Shown piece by piece: positions 8,898 through 18,879 of a stretch of 64,000 bases of DNA. The notes under the pieces are model-generated. The model was not told the origin of the DNA. It worked only from the letters and a program-made list of their open reading frames with translations, and made no database searches. The stretch spans positions 2,048,001-2,112,000 of the forward strand of contig CBDCDA010000001.1 of the NCBI GenBank assembly GCA_965215335.1, given 5' to 3'. Position numbers and translations under genes: made by a program. The stretch's first letter is position 1. Every line of letters begins with the position of its first letter. The DNA is from an uncultured Candidatus Entotheonella sp. (lineage in GTDB: Bacteria > Tectomicrobia > Entotheonellia > Entotheonellales > Entotheonellaceae).

Positions 8898-9842
8898 ATG
8901 CCCCATACCTTCGAGATCATCCCGCGAGCCCCATACTCGTTCGACCTGACTGCCGCGCGCTTCGGGCGCTTTGCCAGTGAGATCGTCGATCTGCTCGACG
9001 GCAAGCAGTACCGCCGCCTGCTCACTGCCGGCCACCAGCTTGCCCTGGCCACGGTGACGGCCGCCGGCACGGTCGGCAAGCCGCGCCTCGCCGTGGAATT
9101 GCGCAGTCCGTCCAAGGCGCCGCTGCAGCGGGAGGCTTTCGAGGCGCAGGTGCGGCACGTCCTGTGCACCGATCTCGACCTCCGACCGTTCTACCGCCAG
9201 GCGCGCGGCAACGACCTGCTGGCGCCGCTGGTCACCCGCTTCCGCGGCCTGCGCCTGGCGGCCAGCCCGACGCTGTTCGAGGCGCTGGTCGGCGCGGTGC
9301 TGTCGCAGCAGGTCAACCTCACGTTCGCGTATTCGATCAAGCGGGAACTGGTCGAGCGCTTTGGGCGCAAATGGCGCATTGGGGGCTGCACCTACTGGGC
9401 GTTCCCGGAGCCGCGCCGCTTCGCCGAGCAGCGCGTGGAGGACCTGCGCGCCTTCCGCCTGAGCAACGCCAAGGCCGGTACGCTCGTTCGCCTCGGCGAG
9501 GCCTTTGCGTCATCCACTCCCTTCCCGGCGCCGCCCGCAGAACTGGACTCGCTGTCCGACGACGACCTCATCGCGCGCCTGACCGCCCTCAAGGGCATCG
9601 GCCGCTGGACCGCCGAAACCGCCCTGGTGCGTGGCCTCATCCGTCCCGACGTCTTCCCGGCCGGCGACCTCGCGGTCGTCAAATACCTCGCCCAAAGCCT
9701 CCTGGACAAAACCGAAAAAGCCTCCGAAGCCGAGATGCGCACCTTTGCCGAACGCTGGCGCCCATACCGCGGCCTCGCCCTCGTTTATTGCTACGCCGAA
9801 ATGGGCCGGCGGCGCGGCAAGGGCCGAGGTCGGTCCGGTTGA
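8898..9842 (+). CDS. alkA: DNA-3-methyladenine glycosylase II (AlkA family)
   Basis: SQQV, HhH motif LKGIGRWTA, FPAGD, WRPYR. Confidence 0.9.
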   Translation: MPHTFEIIPRAPYSFDLTAARFGRFASEIVDLLDGKQYRRLLTAGHQLALATVTAAGTVGKPRLAVELRSPSKAPLQREAFEAQVRHVLCTDLDLRPFYRQARGNDLLAPLVTRFRGLRLAASPTLFEALVGAVLSQQVNLTFAYSIKRELVERFGRKWRIGGCTYWAFPEPRRFAEQRVEDLRAFRLSNAKAGTLVRLGEAFASSTPFPAPPAELDSLSDDDLIARLTALKGIGRWTAETALVRGLIRPDVFPAGDLAVVKYLAQSLLDKTEKASEAEMRTFAERWRPYRGLALVYCYAEMGRRRGKGRGRSG

Positions 9843-9965
9843 CACCTTCGTCAGGGCTGGTGTCTAATCCGGCGGGCAGAATCAAGGCTTCGACAGCAAT
9901 CAGGACCGCGCCGGGCACTGATTCCGTTAGTGTTCATCAGACCATGAATTGAGAGGGATAACGTC

Positions 9966-11060
9966 ATGAAATTCGGCTTCTTCACCATCATTCCGTTCCA
10001 CGAGAGCGACACCGAGCCGCGGCTGTTTCACGAAACGCTGGAGCGCATCGAGCTGGTCGACCAATTGGGGTTTGACGAGGTGTGGATCGGGGAACACCAC
10101 TTCTCGCGGCACGGGCTGGTTTCGGGAATCAACACGTGGATGGGCGCGATTGCGGCGCGCACCCGGCAGGTGCGCATCGGCACGGCGATTACCATTCTGC
10201 CCTTCCACAACCCGGTCATGGCGGCGGAAGAAGCCGCGACGCTGGACATCCTCAGCAACGGGCGGCTCAATTTCGGCATCGGCAGCGGCTATCAGCGGCA
10301 GGAGTTCGACGGCCTCGGCGTACCGATCGACGAGGCGCGGCAGCGGTTTCACGAATCGCTCGAGGTCATCACGCGCGCCTGGACGGAGGAGCGCCTCACC
10401 TTTCACGGCAAATACACGCACGTGGACGACCTGTGGGTACTGCCCAAGCCGGTGCAGAAGCCGCACCCGCCGCTGTACATCGCCGTCAGCACCAGCCCGA
10501 CCAGCATCGAGTTTGCCGCCAGCCGCCGCATTCCGATCATCGTCGGCGGCCCCACGGACGTGATGGGGCAGGCGCCGCAGGTCGTCAAGCTGTGGCACGA
10601 CAAAATGCAGGCGTTCGGCCACGCGCATGCTCATGTCGACCTGCCGGTGGCCAGCCGTGTGTATGTCGCGCCGACGATGGACGAGGCGCAGGGTGACATC
10701 CGGGGGCTCGAGGATTTTCACGGCCGCGTGATGCGCAGCATCGGCACCACCGGAGCGCCCATCGGCATGCCGACCGACCGGGACGGCAACCTGCCGACGG
10801 GCTACGAGTTCTGGGCCAACCGGCAGCGCGACCGCGACCGTCCGGCGGCACCCGGCCAGACGGACCTGCCGCCACTCATCGGCACGCCGGCGGTGGTCAG
10901 CGAGCGCCTGGCGCTGATCGAGCAGCGCGGCATCCGTCGCGTGTTTGCCCAATTCGGCTTTCCCGGCGTGCCGCACCGCAAGGTCATGCGCGCTCTCGAA
11001 CTGTTCGGCACGCAGGTAATGCCGCAGTTTCGCGCCCAAACGGCCAGCGTGGCCGGGTAG
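9966..11060 (+). CDS. LLM-class flavin-dependent oxidoreductase
   Basis: GEHH, AEE.ATLDILSNGR..FG.G.G, PKP.QKPHPP. Confidence 0.93.
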   Translation: MKFGFFTIIPFHESDTEPRLFHETLERIELVDQLGFDEVWIGEHHFSRHGLVSGINTWMGAIAARTRQVRIGTAITILPFHNPVMAAEEAATLDILSNGRLNFGIGSGYQRQEFDGLGVPIDEARQRFHESLEVITRAWTEERLTFHGKYTHVDDLWVLPKPVQKPHPPLYIAVSTSPTSIEFAASRRIPIIVGGPTDVMGQAPQVVKLWHDKMQAFGHAHAHVDLPVASRVYVAPTMDEAQGDIRGLEDFHGRVMRSIGTTGAPIGMPTDRDGNLPTGYEFWANRQRDRDRPAAPGQTDLPPLIGTPAVVSERLALIEQRGIRRVFAQFGFPGVPHRKVMRALELFGTQVMPQFRAQTASVAG

Positions 11061-11071
11061 CGGGGCGCGGT

Positions 11072-11926
11072 ATGCAGGTCGTTGCGGACATTGCCGCCGT
11101 TCGCCGTGCACGCCACGCCGACCCCTCGGCCACCTGGGGAATCGTGCCCACCATGGGAGCCCTGCACGCGGGGCACCTCAGCCTGGTGCGCCAGGCCCGT
11201 CGGGACAACGCCCGCGTCGGCGTCAGCATCTTCGTCAATCCCGCCCAGTTTCACAATCCCGACGATCTGGCCACCTACCCGCGCGACCCGGAGCGCGACC
11301 TCGCCTTGCTGAAACAGCAAGGGGCCGACCTGGTGTGGACGCCGGCGCCGGATCAGGTATATCCCCCTGGTTACCAGACCTATATCCACGTGGAAGAGGC
11401 GTCCCGTTCGCTGGAGGGCGCCGCGCGGCCCGGCCATTTTCGCGGCGTGGCCACCGTCGTTGCCAAACTGATGAACGTGTTTCAGCCACAGCGCGTCTAC
11501 TTCGGACAGAAGGACGCCCAGCAGGTGGCGGTCATCAAGCGCATGGCGGAGGACCTGAACTTCCCGCTGCTGGTTGTCAGTTGTCCCACCGTGCGGGAGC
11601 CGGATGGCCTCGCCATGAGTTCGCGCAATGTCCTGCTATCCCCGCAAGCGCGCCCGCATGCCACCTGCCTGTTTCGCGCCTTGCAGGCCGGCAGCGATGC
11701 CTTCGCGCAGGGAGAACGCCAGGCGGAGGCGTTGCGCGCTGTCATGCGGACGGTAGTGGCCGCCACGCCGATGGCGCGGGTCGATTACGTCAGCGTCGCG
11801 CACCCGGCAACGCTGGCGGAGATGGACGTCGTGGAGGCCGCCGCCCTGCTGTCGCTGGCGGTCTTCGTCGACGAGGTGCGGCTGATCGACAACGTGACGG
11901 TGAGGGAGATGGCCCACGGCGATTGA
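11072..11926 (+). CDS. panC: pantoate--beta-alanine ligase
   Basis: PTMGALHAGH, RPGHF.GV, YFGQKD, DGLAMSSRN, RLIDN. Confidence 0.97.
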   Translation: MQVVADIAAVRRARHADPSATWGIVPTMGALHAGHLSLVRQARRDNARVGVSIFVNPAQFHNPDDLATYPRDPERDLALLKQQGADLVWTPAPDQVYPPGYQTYIHVEEASRSLEGAARPGHFRGVATVVAKLMNVFQPQRVYFGQKDAQQVAVIKRMAEDLNFPLLVVSCPTVREPDGLAMSSRNVLLSPQARPHATCLFRALQAGSDAFAQGERQAEALRAVMRTVVAATPMARVDYVSVAHPATLAEMDVVEAAALLSLAVFVDEVRLIDNVTVREMAHGD

Positions 11927-11930
11927 CGGG

Positions 11931-12225
11931 TTACGACGTCATCAGGCGGCGGGACAAGTCGAGAGGCGCGGCGTCGCGGGCCTGGGCCAGTTCGAAGCCG
12001 GGTCCGGAAGGCTCCATAAAGGTAATGGCGTCGTAGAAGTCGTCCAGAGGTATGAACACGCCGTTGTTCTCAGCCCAGCGGCGCATACGCTGATTGCAGG
12101 CGTGTACCCAGGACAGAATCTCCATGCGCCAGTCGCGCCGATGCATGCGTTCCAGCGTGCTGTGAAAGCCGGCCCCTTCCAGGTAACCGGCGCCGTCGCC
12201 GGTAAGCAGTGCCACTCGCTTTGCG
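11931..12225 (-). pseudogene. C-terminal fragment of a NYN/LabA (DUF88)-like protein
   Basis: VALLTGDG...W..EILSW......FIPLDDFY; no own start codon, begins at the VOC gene stop. Confidence 0.6.
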
Positions 12226-12762
12226 TTATCCGTCCATCGGCCAGACCGTGCGAATGGGGTCGGCGCCATCCCAGTCGCGCGCGGCTTCGGCAATGCGCCG
12301 AAACATCCGCCCCTTGGGGCCGCTGATGTCCGACAGCTCGACCACCGTGCCGGGATGCCCTTCGGTCTGGAAGTAGACGAAGCGTCCCGGCTCCCCGACG
12401 CGTCCTGACTGCCCAATGGCGTAGCCGGCATCGACGGCGCGCGCGAGGTCGGCTTCGAACTTGGCTGTCCAATAGGCGACGTGCTGCAGGCCCTCATGCC
12501 CCGCCTCCAGGAAGTCGCGGTACATCGACGGCGCGTCGTTGCGCTGCTGGATGAGTTCGACTTGCAGCGCGCCCGAGTTCGCCAGGGCAATCGAGACCTC
12601 GGCAGATGAGGGCACCCCCTTGTAGGCGAAATCCACGATCGGCGCCCGTTCGACGTAATACCACGGACCGACGCCCAACACCTCGATCCAGTGCCGTATG
12701 GCGGTCTGGATGTCTCGCACCACGTAGCCATTCTGGGTAACGGCCCCAAAGAAACGGCTCAT
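12226..12762 (-). CDS. VOC/glyoxalase family protein (methylmalonyl-CoA epimerase-like)
   Basis: Q.GYVVRDI, LGVGPW, QVELIQ, GLQHVAY, VVEL. Confidence 0.9.
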   Translation of the reverse strand: MSRFFGAVTQNGYVVRDIQTAIRHWIEVLGVGPWYYVERAPIVDFAYKGVPSSAEVSIALANSGALQVELIQQRNDAPSMYRDFLEAGHEGLQHVAYWTAKFEADLARAVDAGYAIGQSGRVGEPGRFVYFQTEGHPGTVVELSDISGPKGRMFRRIAEAARDWDGADPIRTVWPMDG

Positions 12763-12791
12763 CTGTTCTCTCCTCTATGGTGGCGATGTTC

Positions 12792-12989
12792 TCAAAACAA
12801 CAGCATGACCGCCCAATGGCGGCTCCTGCTTGCGAAATCGCACCCTCTTCCTTGGTTCCGTGAGTCGGTCCTTGCCTCACGCGAGATCAAATCCTCCGCC
12901 CAAGCGGCGCTGAAGCCGGCGCTGTAGCGGAACCGCCGATGAGCGGGAAGCCCCATGTTGTCCACGAAACTGCCGGTGACGCATTGCAT
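12792..12989 (-). pseudogene. N-terminal stub of a site-specific DNA methyltransferase
   Basis: GGGAGG RBS + ATG; FVDNMGLPAHRRFRYSAGFSAAW resembles the H-R-W-F-x-Y-x-x-G-F-S N-terminus of amino-MTases; breaks before the SAM motif. Confidence 0.5.
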
Positions 12990-13181
12990 CCTCCCTGGTC
13001 AGCGTCACGCCCGTCCGTTTTCAGTCCCAACGACGGCAAGACCTCCCCGCTGTCAGCCCCCGCTTGTGAAATCCGCGGGCAAGCGGTAGACTGAGACCCC
13101 TTCCAACCGTGCCGGCTGGCCGCGGTGCAGCGCAAGCCATTGGCCACACAGTCCAACCCTCGAATAATACGGAGTTACCGC

Positions 13182-13814
13182 ATGGAAAGTGGTATCCATT
13201 GGTTCGACCTGGCGACGATTGTGGTCCTGATCCTGAGCGGTATCTGGAGCCTGTTTCGAGGGTTCTTGCGGGAGATGCTGTCGTTGCTCGGCTTTGTCGT
13301 GGTGGTGACGCTGGCGGTGTACGCCTCTCCCTACGTGTTTGATGCCCTGGAGGGGATCGTCAGTGAGAACTGGGTGCGGCAGGTTGTCGGCATGGCGCTG
13401 GTCTTCATCGCCGCGGTGGTACTCTTCGTCGGCTTCGTCAAATTGGGCGCGGTGCTGACCCATGCGATGGGGCTTTCCATCCTCGACCGGCTGCTGGGCT
13501 TCTGCTTCGGCCTGCTGAAGGTCGTCGTCTTCGTTTCCCTGTTGTTCCTGGTAGGCAACAAATTCCTGCCCGAGCTGATGATCTTGTTGACCCATGCGTC
13601 CGTTCTGGGCCCGACGTTCGGCTACACCGCCGGCCTGCTGGAAAGGACGATCCTGGAGCAAGGTCTTGGTGTCCAGCCACCCATCACGCCGGAACAACTT
13701 CCTGCCCTCCCGGAGCCGGGGCTGCCGGAGGTTGTCGAGCCCTATGTGCCGGACCCGTTCGCCCTGGACGATCCCGCCCCCGACAATGGCGCCCCGGCGC
13801 CTGAGCCGCAATAG
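13182..13814 (+). CDS. cvpA: CvpA (colicin V production) family membrane protein
   Basis: FRGFLREMLSL, LS.LDRLLG..FG..K. Confidence 0.9.
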   Translation: MESGIHWFDLATIVVLILSGIWSLFRGFLREMLSLLGFVVVVTLAVYASPYVFDALEGIVSENWVRQVVGMALVFIAAVVLFVGFVKLGAVLTHAMGLSILDRLLGFCFGLLKVVVFVSLLFLVGNKFLPELMILLTHASVLGPTFGYTAGLLERTILEQGLGVQPPITPEQLPALPEPGLPEVVEPYVPDPFALDDPAPDNGAPAPEPQ

Positions 13815-13830
13815 CGCCGCGCTTCCCGGC

Positions 13831-14445
13831 TTATTTCATTTTCCTGGCCTGGGCCGCAGCGGCCTTGCTGAAGGTCTGCCGCACTTCCTGGTTGGCCTTG
13901 ATGAGGCGCTGCATGCGATCCGTGGCCTCCTGCCGCATGAAATCCTCCACGCACGACAGCACCGCGCGGCCTGCCAGCGTGTTGACGTTGGGAATTTCCG
14001 GCAGCGCATAGGCGTCTGGATCCTTCTGCACGGCGGCGATGCGCTCCGCGATCGTGTCGTTATCGTACATCTCCTCGAAGCCATAGCGATAACGCAACCG
14101 CACGTAATCCCGCTCCTTGGTTGACTCGCCGTCCGCGTCCTGCTGCACGATGTTTTCCATGTCCATGTCTTCCGGGCGCTTGGCGTCGCTGGCGAGGAAT
14201 TCCCCAATGGCCGTGAAATAGTTGGTGAACTCGTCCCGGTCCAGATCGTCCTGCGGAATTTTGGAGCTGATTTCCAGTTCGATGGCGTCCCCGTCGATGG
14301 CCGGCGTGCTGACCTCATACGTGATGCCGTCAAGGTGAAAACGATTCTCCCGCTTGGCCTGGTACTGCGTCTTGAACGACTCGATACAATTCGTCACCCC
14401 GTTGGAAACGAACTGGTGGAATAGCTGTTGCCTGAAACCTGACAT
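13831..14445 (-). CDS. hypothetical protein
   Basis: GGAG/GAGG RBS, 204-aa ORF with host-like codon use; no family recognised. Confidence 0.75.
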   Translation of the reverse strand: MSGFRQQLFHQFVSNGVTNCIESFKTQYQAKRENRFHLDGITYEVSTPAIDGDAIELEISSKIPQDDLDRDEFTNYFTAIGEFLASDAKRPEDMDMENIVQQDADGESTKERDYVRLRYRYGFEEMYDNDTIAERIAAVQKDPDAYALPEIPNVNTLAGRAVLSCVEDFMRQEATDRMQRLIKANQEVRQTFSKAAAAQARKMK

Positions 14446-14643
14446 CCCTCGTGCTCCCTCTGTGCGAGACCCGCGCACGGACCGTGACGCCTTGTAAAAA
14501 CCGCTTCCGCCAACGGCTTGGCGGTGCCGAAATCTGCCCTTGCGGCATCCAGTCGATAGATACGGCTGGATATGGACGGAGTGGCGCCAGTATAGACACG
14601 CCCCCCGCCCGGCGCAACGCCGAAGCGCGCGCCGGTGCCGTTC

Positions 14644-14673
14644 TTGACGCTGCTCGCCGGTGTCAATTAGACT
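14644..14673 (+). promoter_or_regulatory. sigma70-like promoter, probably giving a leaderless ABC-F mRNA
   Basis: TTGACG-18 nt-TAGACT, ATG 8 nt downstream, no SD. Confidence 0.45.
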
Positions 14674-14681
14674 GATTGCCC

Positions 14682-16553
14682 ATGACTCTTCTGCGCGCCA
14701 GCAATATCATCAAGACCTTCGCCGGGGTGCCGGTTCTGCAAGACGTTTCCTGGCAGATCGAAGCCGGGCGCAAGATCGGCCTGGTGGGCGCCAACGGCAG
14801 CGGTAAAAGCACCCTCCTCAATCTCCTCAGCGGCGTCATGAGCGCCGACCGCGGCGCCATCGAAACGGCGCGCCAGGCGCGCCTCGGCTACCTCACCCAG
14901 GAAATGACGGCCGAGGGCGACCGGACGCTGCATGACGAGGTGTGCGAGGCGTTCCGCCCCCTGCTGGACATGCAGGCGGAAATGACCCGCCTGGAAACGC
15001 GTATGGCGCAGCAGCAGGCCAGCGACGCCGAACTGCAACGCTACGGGGCGCTGATGGAGGCGTTCAACGCTCGGCGGGGCTATGCCATGCACGCGCGCGT
15101 CGAGGCCACGCTGTCCGGACTGGGATTCCGCCCCGAGGCGCTGCAAACGTCGGTTCGGCACCTCAGCGGCGGGCAGAAGAATATCGCCGCCCTGGCCCGC
15201 GTGCTCCTACAAGAGCCCGATCTGCTACTGCTGGACGAGCCCTCGAACCACCTCGACGTGCAGGCGACGGAATGGCTGGAAGGTGTCCTGCGAGAGTACA
15301 CGGGCGCCGTTGTAGTGGTTTCGCACGATCGCTATTTTCTCGACCGCACCGTCGATGAGATCGTCGAGCTGGAGCAGCACGGCTTGCGGCGCTATCCCGG
15401 CAATTATTCCGCCTACGTGGCCGCCAAGGCGCTGCGCCGCGAGCAGCAGAGAAAGGCGTACGACCAGCAGCAGGCCGAGATCGAGCGCCACGAGGCGTTC
15501 ATCCGCCGCAACATGGCGGGGCAGAAGACCAAACAGGCACAGAGCCGCCAGAAGATGCTGGCACGCCTCGAGCGGCTCGCCAAGCCGGGCGGCGACGGAC
15601 GCCGCATGAACGTGCAATTCGCCGCCAACCGGCGCGAGAACCACGAGGTGCTGGTCTGCCGCAATCTGCAAAAGCGCTACGGTGACCACGAGGTGCTGCG
15701 ACGCCTGTCGTTCACCGTCCATCGCGGCGAGAAGGTCGGCCTGACAGGGCCTAACGGCGCCGGCAAGAGCACCTTTTTGCGCCTGCTGATGGGTCTGGAA
15801 ACGCCCGACGAAGGCACCCTGCGCGTCGGCAGCAACATCGCGGTGGCGTATTACGACCAGGAGCTGGCCGGCCTGCAAGCGCGCAACACCGTTCTCGACG
15901 AGGCGTGGCAGATGGCGCCGCATTGGACGCAGGGAGAAATGCGCAGCCACCTGGGCCGCTTCCTGTTTTCGGGTGATGAGGTGCGGCAGACCATCGGCAG
16001 CCTGAGCGGCGGGCAGAAGAGCCGCGTGGCGCTCGCCAAGCTGATGCTGACCAAGGCCAACCTGCTGGTGCTCGACGAGCCGACCAATCACCTGGACATT
16101 CCTGCCTGCGAGGTGCTCGAACAGGCCTTGGCGGACTACCCCGGCACCCTGCTGGTCGTGTCGCACGACCGCTATTTTCTGGATCGCGTGATCGACCGGC
16201 TGCTGGTTTTGCACGACGGCACGTGCACGTCGCACGCGGGCCATTATTCCGATTATCAGGCGTCCCTGGCGTCCCCGGCACCCGCTCCGGCAACGAAGGC
16301 CCGCAAGAAAGCGCCGCCGTCCCGGCGCCGCGGCGTCAAACGGCGCACGCCAGGCTCCATCGAACGTGAGATCGCCCGGGTTGAGGCGGAAATCGCCGCT
16401 CTGCAAACTGAGATGGAGACTCGTCAGGGCCCCAGCGATTGGCAACGGCTTGCCGACATCAGCAGTCGCCAGAGGGATGCCTCGGAACGGCTGCAACAGC
16501 TTTTGGAAGCATGGGAAAACAGCATGGCCATCGAAGAAGGGAGCGTGAGTTGA
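14682..16553 (+). CDS. ABC-F family ribosome-associated ATPase (Uup/YheS-like)
   Basis: two ABC cassettes (GANGSGKS, GPNGAGKS; LSGGQK x2; LDEPxNHLD x2), no TMs, C-terminal coiled coil. Confidence 0.95.
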   Translation: MTLLRASNIIKTFAGVPVLQDVSWQIEAGRKIGLVGANGSGKSTLLNLLSGVMSADRGAIETARQARLGYLTQEMTAEGDRTLHDEVCEAFRPLLDMQAEMTRLETRMAQQQASDAELQRYGALMEAFNARRGYAMHARVEATLSGLGFRPEALQTSVRHLSGGQKNIAALARVLLQEPDLLLLDEPSNHLDVQATEWLEGVLREYTGAVVVVSHDRYFLDRTVDEIVELEQHGLRRYPGNYSAYVAAKALRREQQRKAYDQQQAEIERHEAFIRRNMAGQKTKQAQSRQKMLARLERLAKPGGDGRRMNVQFAANRRENHEVLVCRNLQKRYGDHEVLRRLSFTVHRGEKVGLTGPNGAGKSTFLRLLMGLETPDEGTLRVGSNIAVAYYDQELAGLQARNTVLDEAWQMAPHWTQGEMRSHLGRFLFSGDEVRQTIGSLSGGQKSRVALAKLMLTKANLLVLDEPTNHLDIPACEVLEQALADYPGTLLVVSHDRYFLDRVIDRLLVLHDGTCTSHAGHYSDYQASLASPAPAPATKARKKAPPSRRRGVKRRTPGSIEREIARVEAEIAALQTEMETRQGPSDWQRLADISSRQRDASERLQQLLEAWENSMAIEEGSVS

Positions 16554-16924
16554 ATACCCCGGATCTGATCATCCTGACCGACGCCGATTACCGGCGCTTG
16601 CGGCGTGAACTCAAGGAAGCGGGGCTTGATCTGTGCTACACGGCGCAGACGGATCAGCCGGTGCGCCTCAAGTGGTCCCCGGACCTCTTCCAACGAACGG
16701 ATTTCCTGCAGCATCTGGCGCAGCGTCGGCCAAGCGATTCCAGCTACCGCGTGGCGTCGGTGTCCCTCCTCAAGAAAGCCACCTGGTTTCAGCCCGACCA
16801 GTTCGCCGTCAGCTTCCATGCCGTCGGCGACTTGCACGGCGCGGACCTGGAAGCGTATCTGGCCGAACACAACGTGCAGAGCAGCGCCGAAACGTCCCGC
16901 GACATGCTGGCCCGGACGGCTTAG
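16550..16924 (+). CDS. hypothetical protein
   Basis: TTG start overlapping the ABC-F stop (TTGA), GGGAG RBS. Confidence 0.65.
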   Translation: MNTPDLIILTDADYRRLRRELKEAGLDLCYTAQTDQPVRLKWSPDLFQRTDFLQHLAQRRPSDSSYRVASVSLLKKATWFQPDQFAVSFHAVGDLHGADLEAYLAEHNVQSSAETSRDMLARTA

Positions 16925-17021
16925 CTGCGTCGCTCGCTGACGCGAGCGGCACGCACGTCTTGATACGCCCTGTCTCGCTGACGCTCGCAGGTCTGTGGGC
17001 AGGCGGTGGAGGCCGTCCCTC

Positions 17022-18365
17022 ATGACCAGCCCTTCTCTCGCTGACTGGATTTCCGGCCTGCGCTTCGAAGCCCTGCCGCGCCGTGTCCGCAGCCGCGCCA
17101 AGCTGGCCGTGTTCGACGCCTGCGGCACCGCGCTGGCCGGCACGCACCACCCGGCCGCGCAGCACGTGCGGCGCCTGATCGCGGACATGGGAGCGGCACC
17201 GCAGGTTCGCCTCATCGGCAACGCGTCGCTGCGCGTGAGCCAGCTCGACGCCGCCTGGCTACTGGGTACCATGACGGACGCCTACCTCTACAGCGACGTT
17301 CACATCCCCAGCGGCGGGCATTTCACCTCGGTTCTGCTGCCGGTTCTGCTGGCTGTGAGCGAGGTTCGAGAAGTCAGCGGGCCGGAGGCGCTGACGGCGT
17401 ACGCCGCTGGTTACGAGGTTGCCACACGCCTGGCGGCGGTTGTCGATTCCGACCGGCGGCAAGGTTGGCACATGACCGCCGTTGCCGGGACGATGGGCGC
17501 CACGGCAGCCGCGGGCCGGTTGCTTGGCCTGTCGCCCGAGCAGTTGCGCCATGCCTTTGTGCTGGCCGCGGGAGAGACGACCGGCGGCGATGGTTCGGCG
17601 ATGCAGAGCGGCCGGGCCGCGCGTAGCGGGCTGCTCAGCGCCTTGCTGGCAGGGCAGGGCTTCAGCAGCGACGCGAAGGCCGGCGAGGAACTCGCGGCTT
17701 GGCTGGCGCTTTTTGGGGATGGGTCAATTCAGACCGACAGGACGCTGAAGAGGTGGGGTGACGATTTCGCGCTGGACCGCGCCGAGTTGCACTTCAAGCT
17801 GTACCCCACCGCCATAACCGCGCATGGCTTTATCGACGCCGCGCTGACGCTGCATCAACAGAGCGCCACGCCCGATCAGGTGCGGCGTCTCGTCTGCCGG
17901 GTGAGCCCGTCCGCCGCGCCGGCCCTGTCCTTTGCGCCCGACACCCCACAGCAGGCGCAGCGCAGCCTGCCGTATGTCGTCGCGGTGGCCCTGTGCGATG
18001 GCCGGGTGGGCTTGGCGCAGTTCAACCCCTCCCGCGTGTCGGCTGACGAGGTGCAAGCCCTGACGGGGCGTGTCGAGGTGGAGCAGGACGCATCCTTCGA
18101 GACACCAGACGGCTCTGACGCCTCTGCCGTCTTGCGAGCCGATCTCAACGACGGCCGCAGCCTGGTCGAGACCGTCGAACACGCCCGCGGCAGCCCGCAG
18201 CGCCCGCCGACACGTCCCGAATTCGAGGCCAAATTCCGCCAGTGCGCCACCGCCGTGCTGTCAACCGAGCGGGCGCTGATGGTGGCGCGCTGCCTGTATC
18301 AGCTCGACACCCTGCCGGACCTGCGCACCCTGGTGGACACGCTCAGTACGGCGCCGCGATCCTGA
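17022..18365 (+). CDS. MmgE/PrpD family protein (divergent)
   Basis: D..G..LAG, GYEV, GWH.T, K.YP, SLPY..A.AL..G, RGSP.RP motifs. Confidence 0.88.
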   Translation: MTSPSLADWISGLRFEALPRRVRSRAKLAVFDACGTALAGTHHPAAQHVRRLIADMGAAPQVRLIGNASLRVSQLDAAWLLGTMTDAYLYSDVHIPSGGHFTSVLLPVLLAVSEVREVSGPEALTAYAAGYEVATRLAAVVDSDRRQGWHMTAVAGTMGATAAAGRLLGLSPEQLRHAFVLAAGETTGGDGSAMQSGRAARSGLLSALLAGQGFSSDAKAGEELAAWLALFGDGSIQTDRTLKRWGDDFALDRAELHFKLYPTAITAHGFIDAALTLHQQSATPDQVRRLVCRVSPSAAPALSFAPDTPQQAQRSLPYVVAVALCDGRVGLAQFNPSRVSADEVQALTGRVEVEQDASFETPDGSDASAVLRADLNDGRSLVETVEHARGSPQRPPTRPEFEAKFRQCATAVLSTERALMVARCLYQLDTLPDLRTLVDTLSTAPRS

Positions 18366-18394
18366 GTCCTTATCCCCTTGAATTGGAGGTTACG

Positions 18395-18844
18395 ATGGCG
18401 ATCGACATTCCCTTCGGCCAACCCGTTGCCGTGCTGTCCGGCGATCCCGGAGACAGCGCCGAACGCGCCGCGCAGGCGCAGGCGGCTTTGGAGGCAGGCG
18501 AGATCGAGCCGGCGGCCTGCCGCGAACGGCTGAACGCCATTGCGTCGCAGTACCCGACCTCGTTGAGTGTCTGGACGGCGCTTGGCGAGATGGTACTGTC
18601 CGATGACGTGATCGCGGCGTACGCCTTTTTCCGCACGGGGTATCACCGCGGCCTCGACCGTGCCCGCGCCACCGGCTGGAACGGCACGCAGCGACTGCGC
18701 TGGCAGGACGAGCCCAACCGGCCGTTCCTGCGTTGCCTGAACGGGCTGCGGCAGGCCGCCGAAGTTATCGGCGAGACCGCGGAGGTGACGCGAATCGGTC
18801 ATTTCCTGCGCGACCTGGACCCCGATCACCCGTTCGATTCGTAG
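18395..18844 (+). CDS. DUF3151-like protein
   Basis: AYAF.RTGYHRGLD..R..GW.G..W..EPNR.FLR.L motif. Confidence 0.8.
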   Translation: MAIDIPFGQPVAVLSGDPGDSAERAAQAQAALEAGEIEPAACRERLNAIASQYPTSLSVWTALGEMVLSDDVIAAYAFFRTGYHRGLDRARATGWNGTQRLRWQDEPNRPFLRCLNGLRQAAEVIGETAEVTRIGHFLRDLDPDHPFDS

Positions 18845-18879
18845 CGCACCGGCCCGCGCCGGCCGGTGAGGATTGAAAC

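Noticed and set aside
16927..16995. Hairpin and repeated ctcgctgacgc motif as a third REP family
   Set aside because: Only two short local matches; could be a simple intergenic hairpin.
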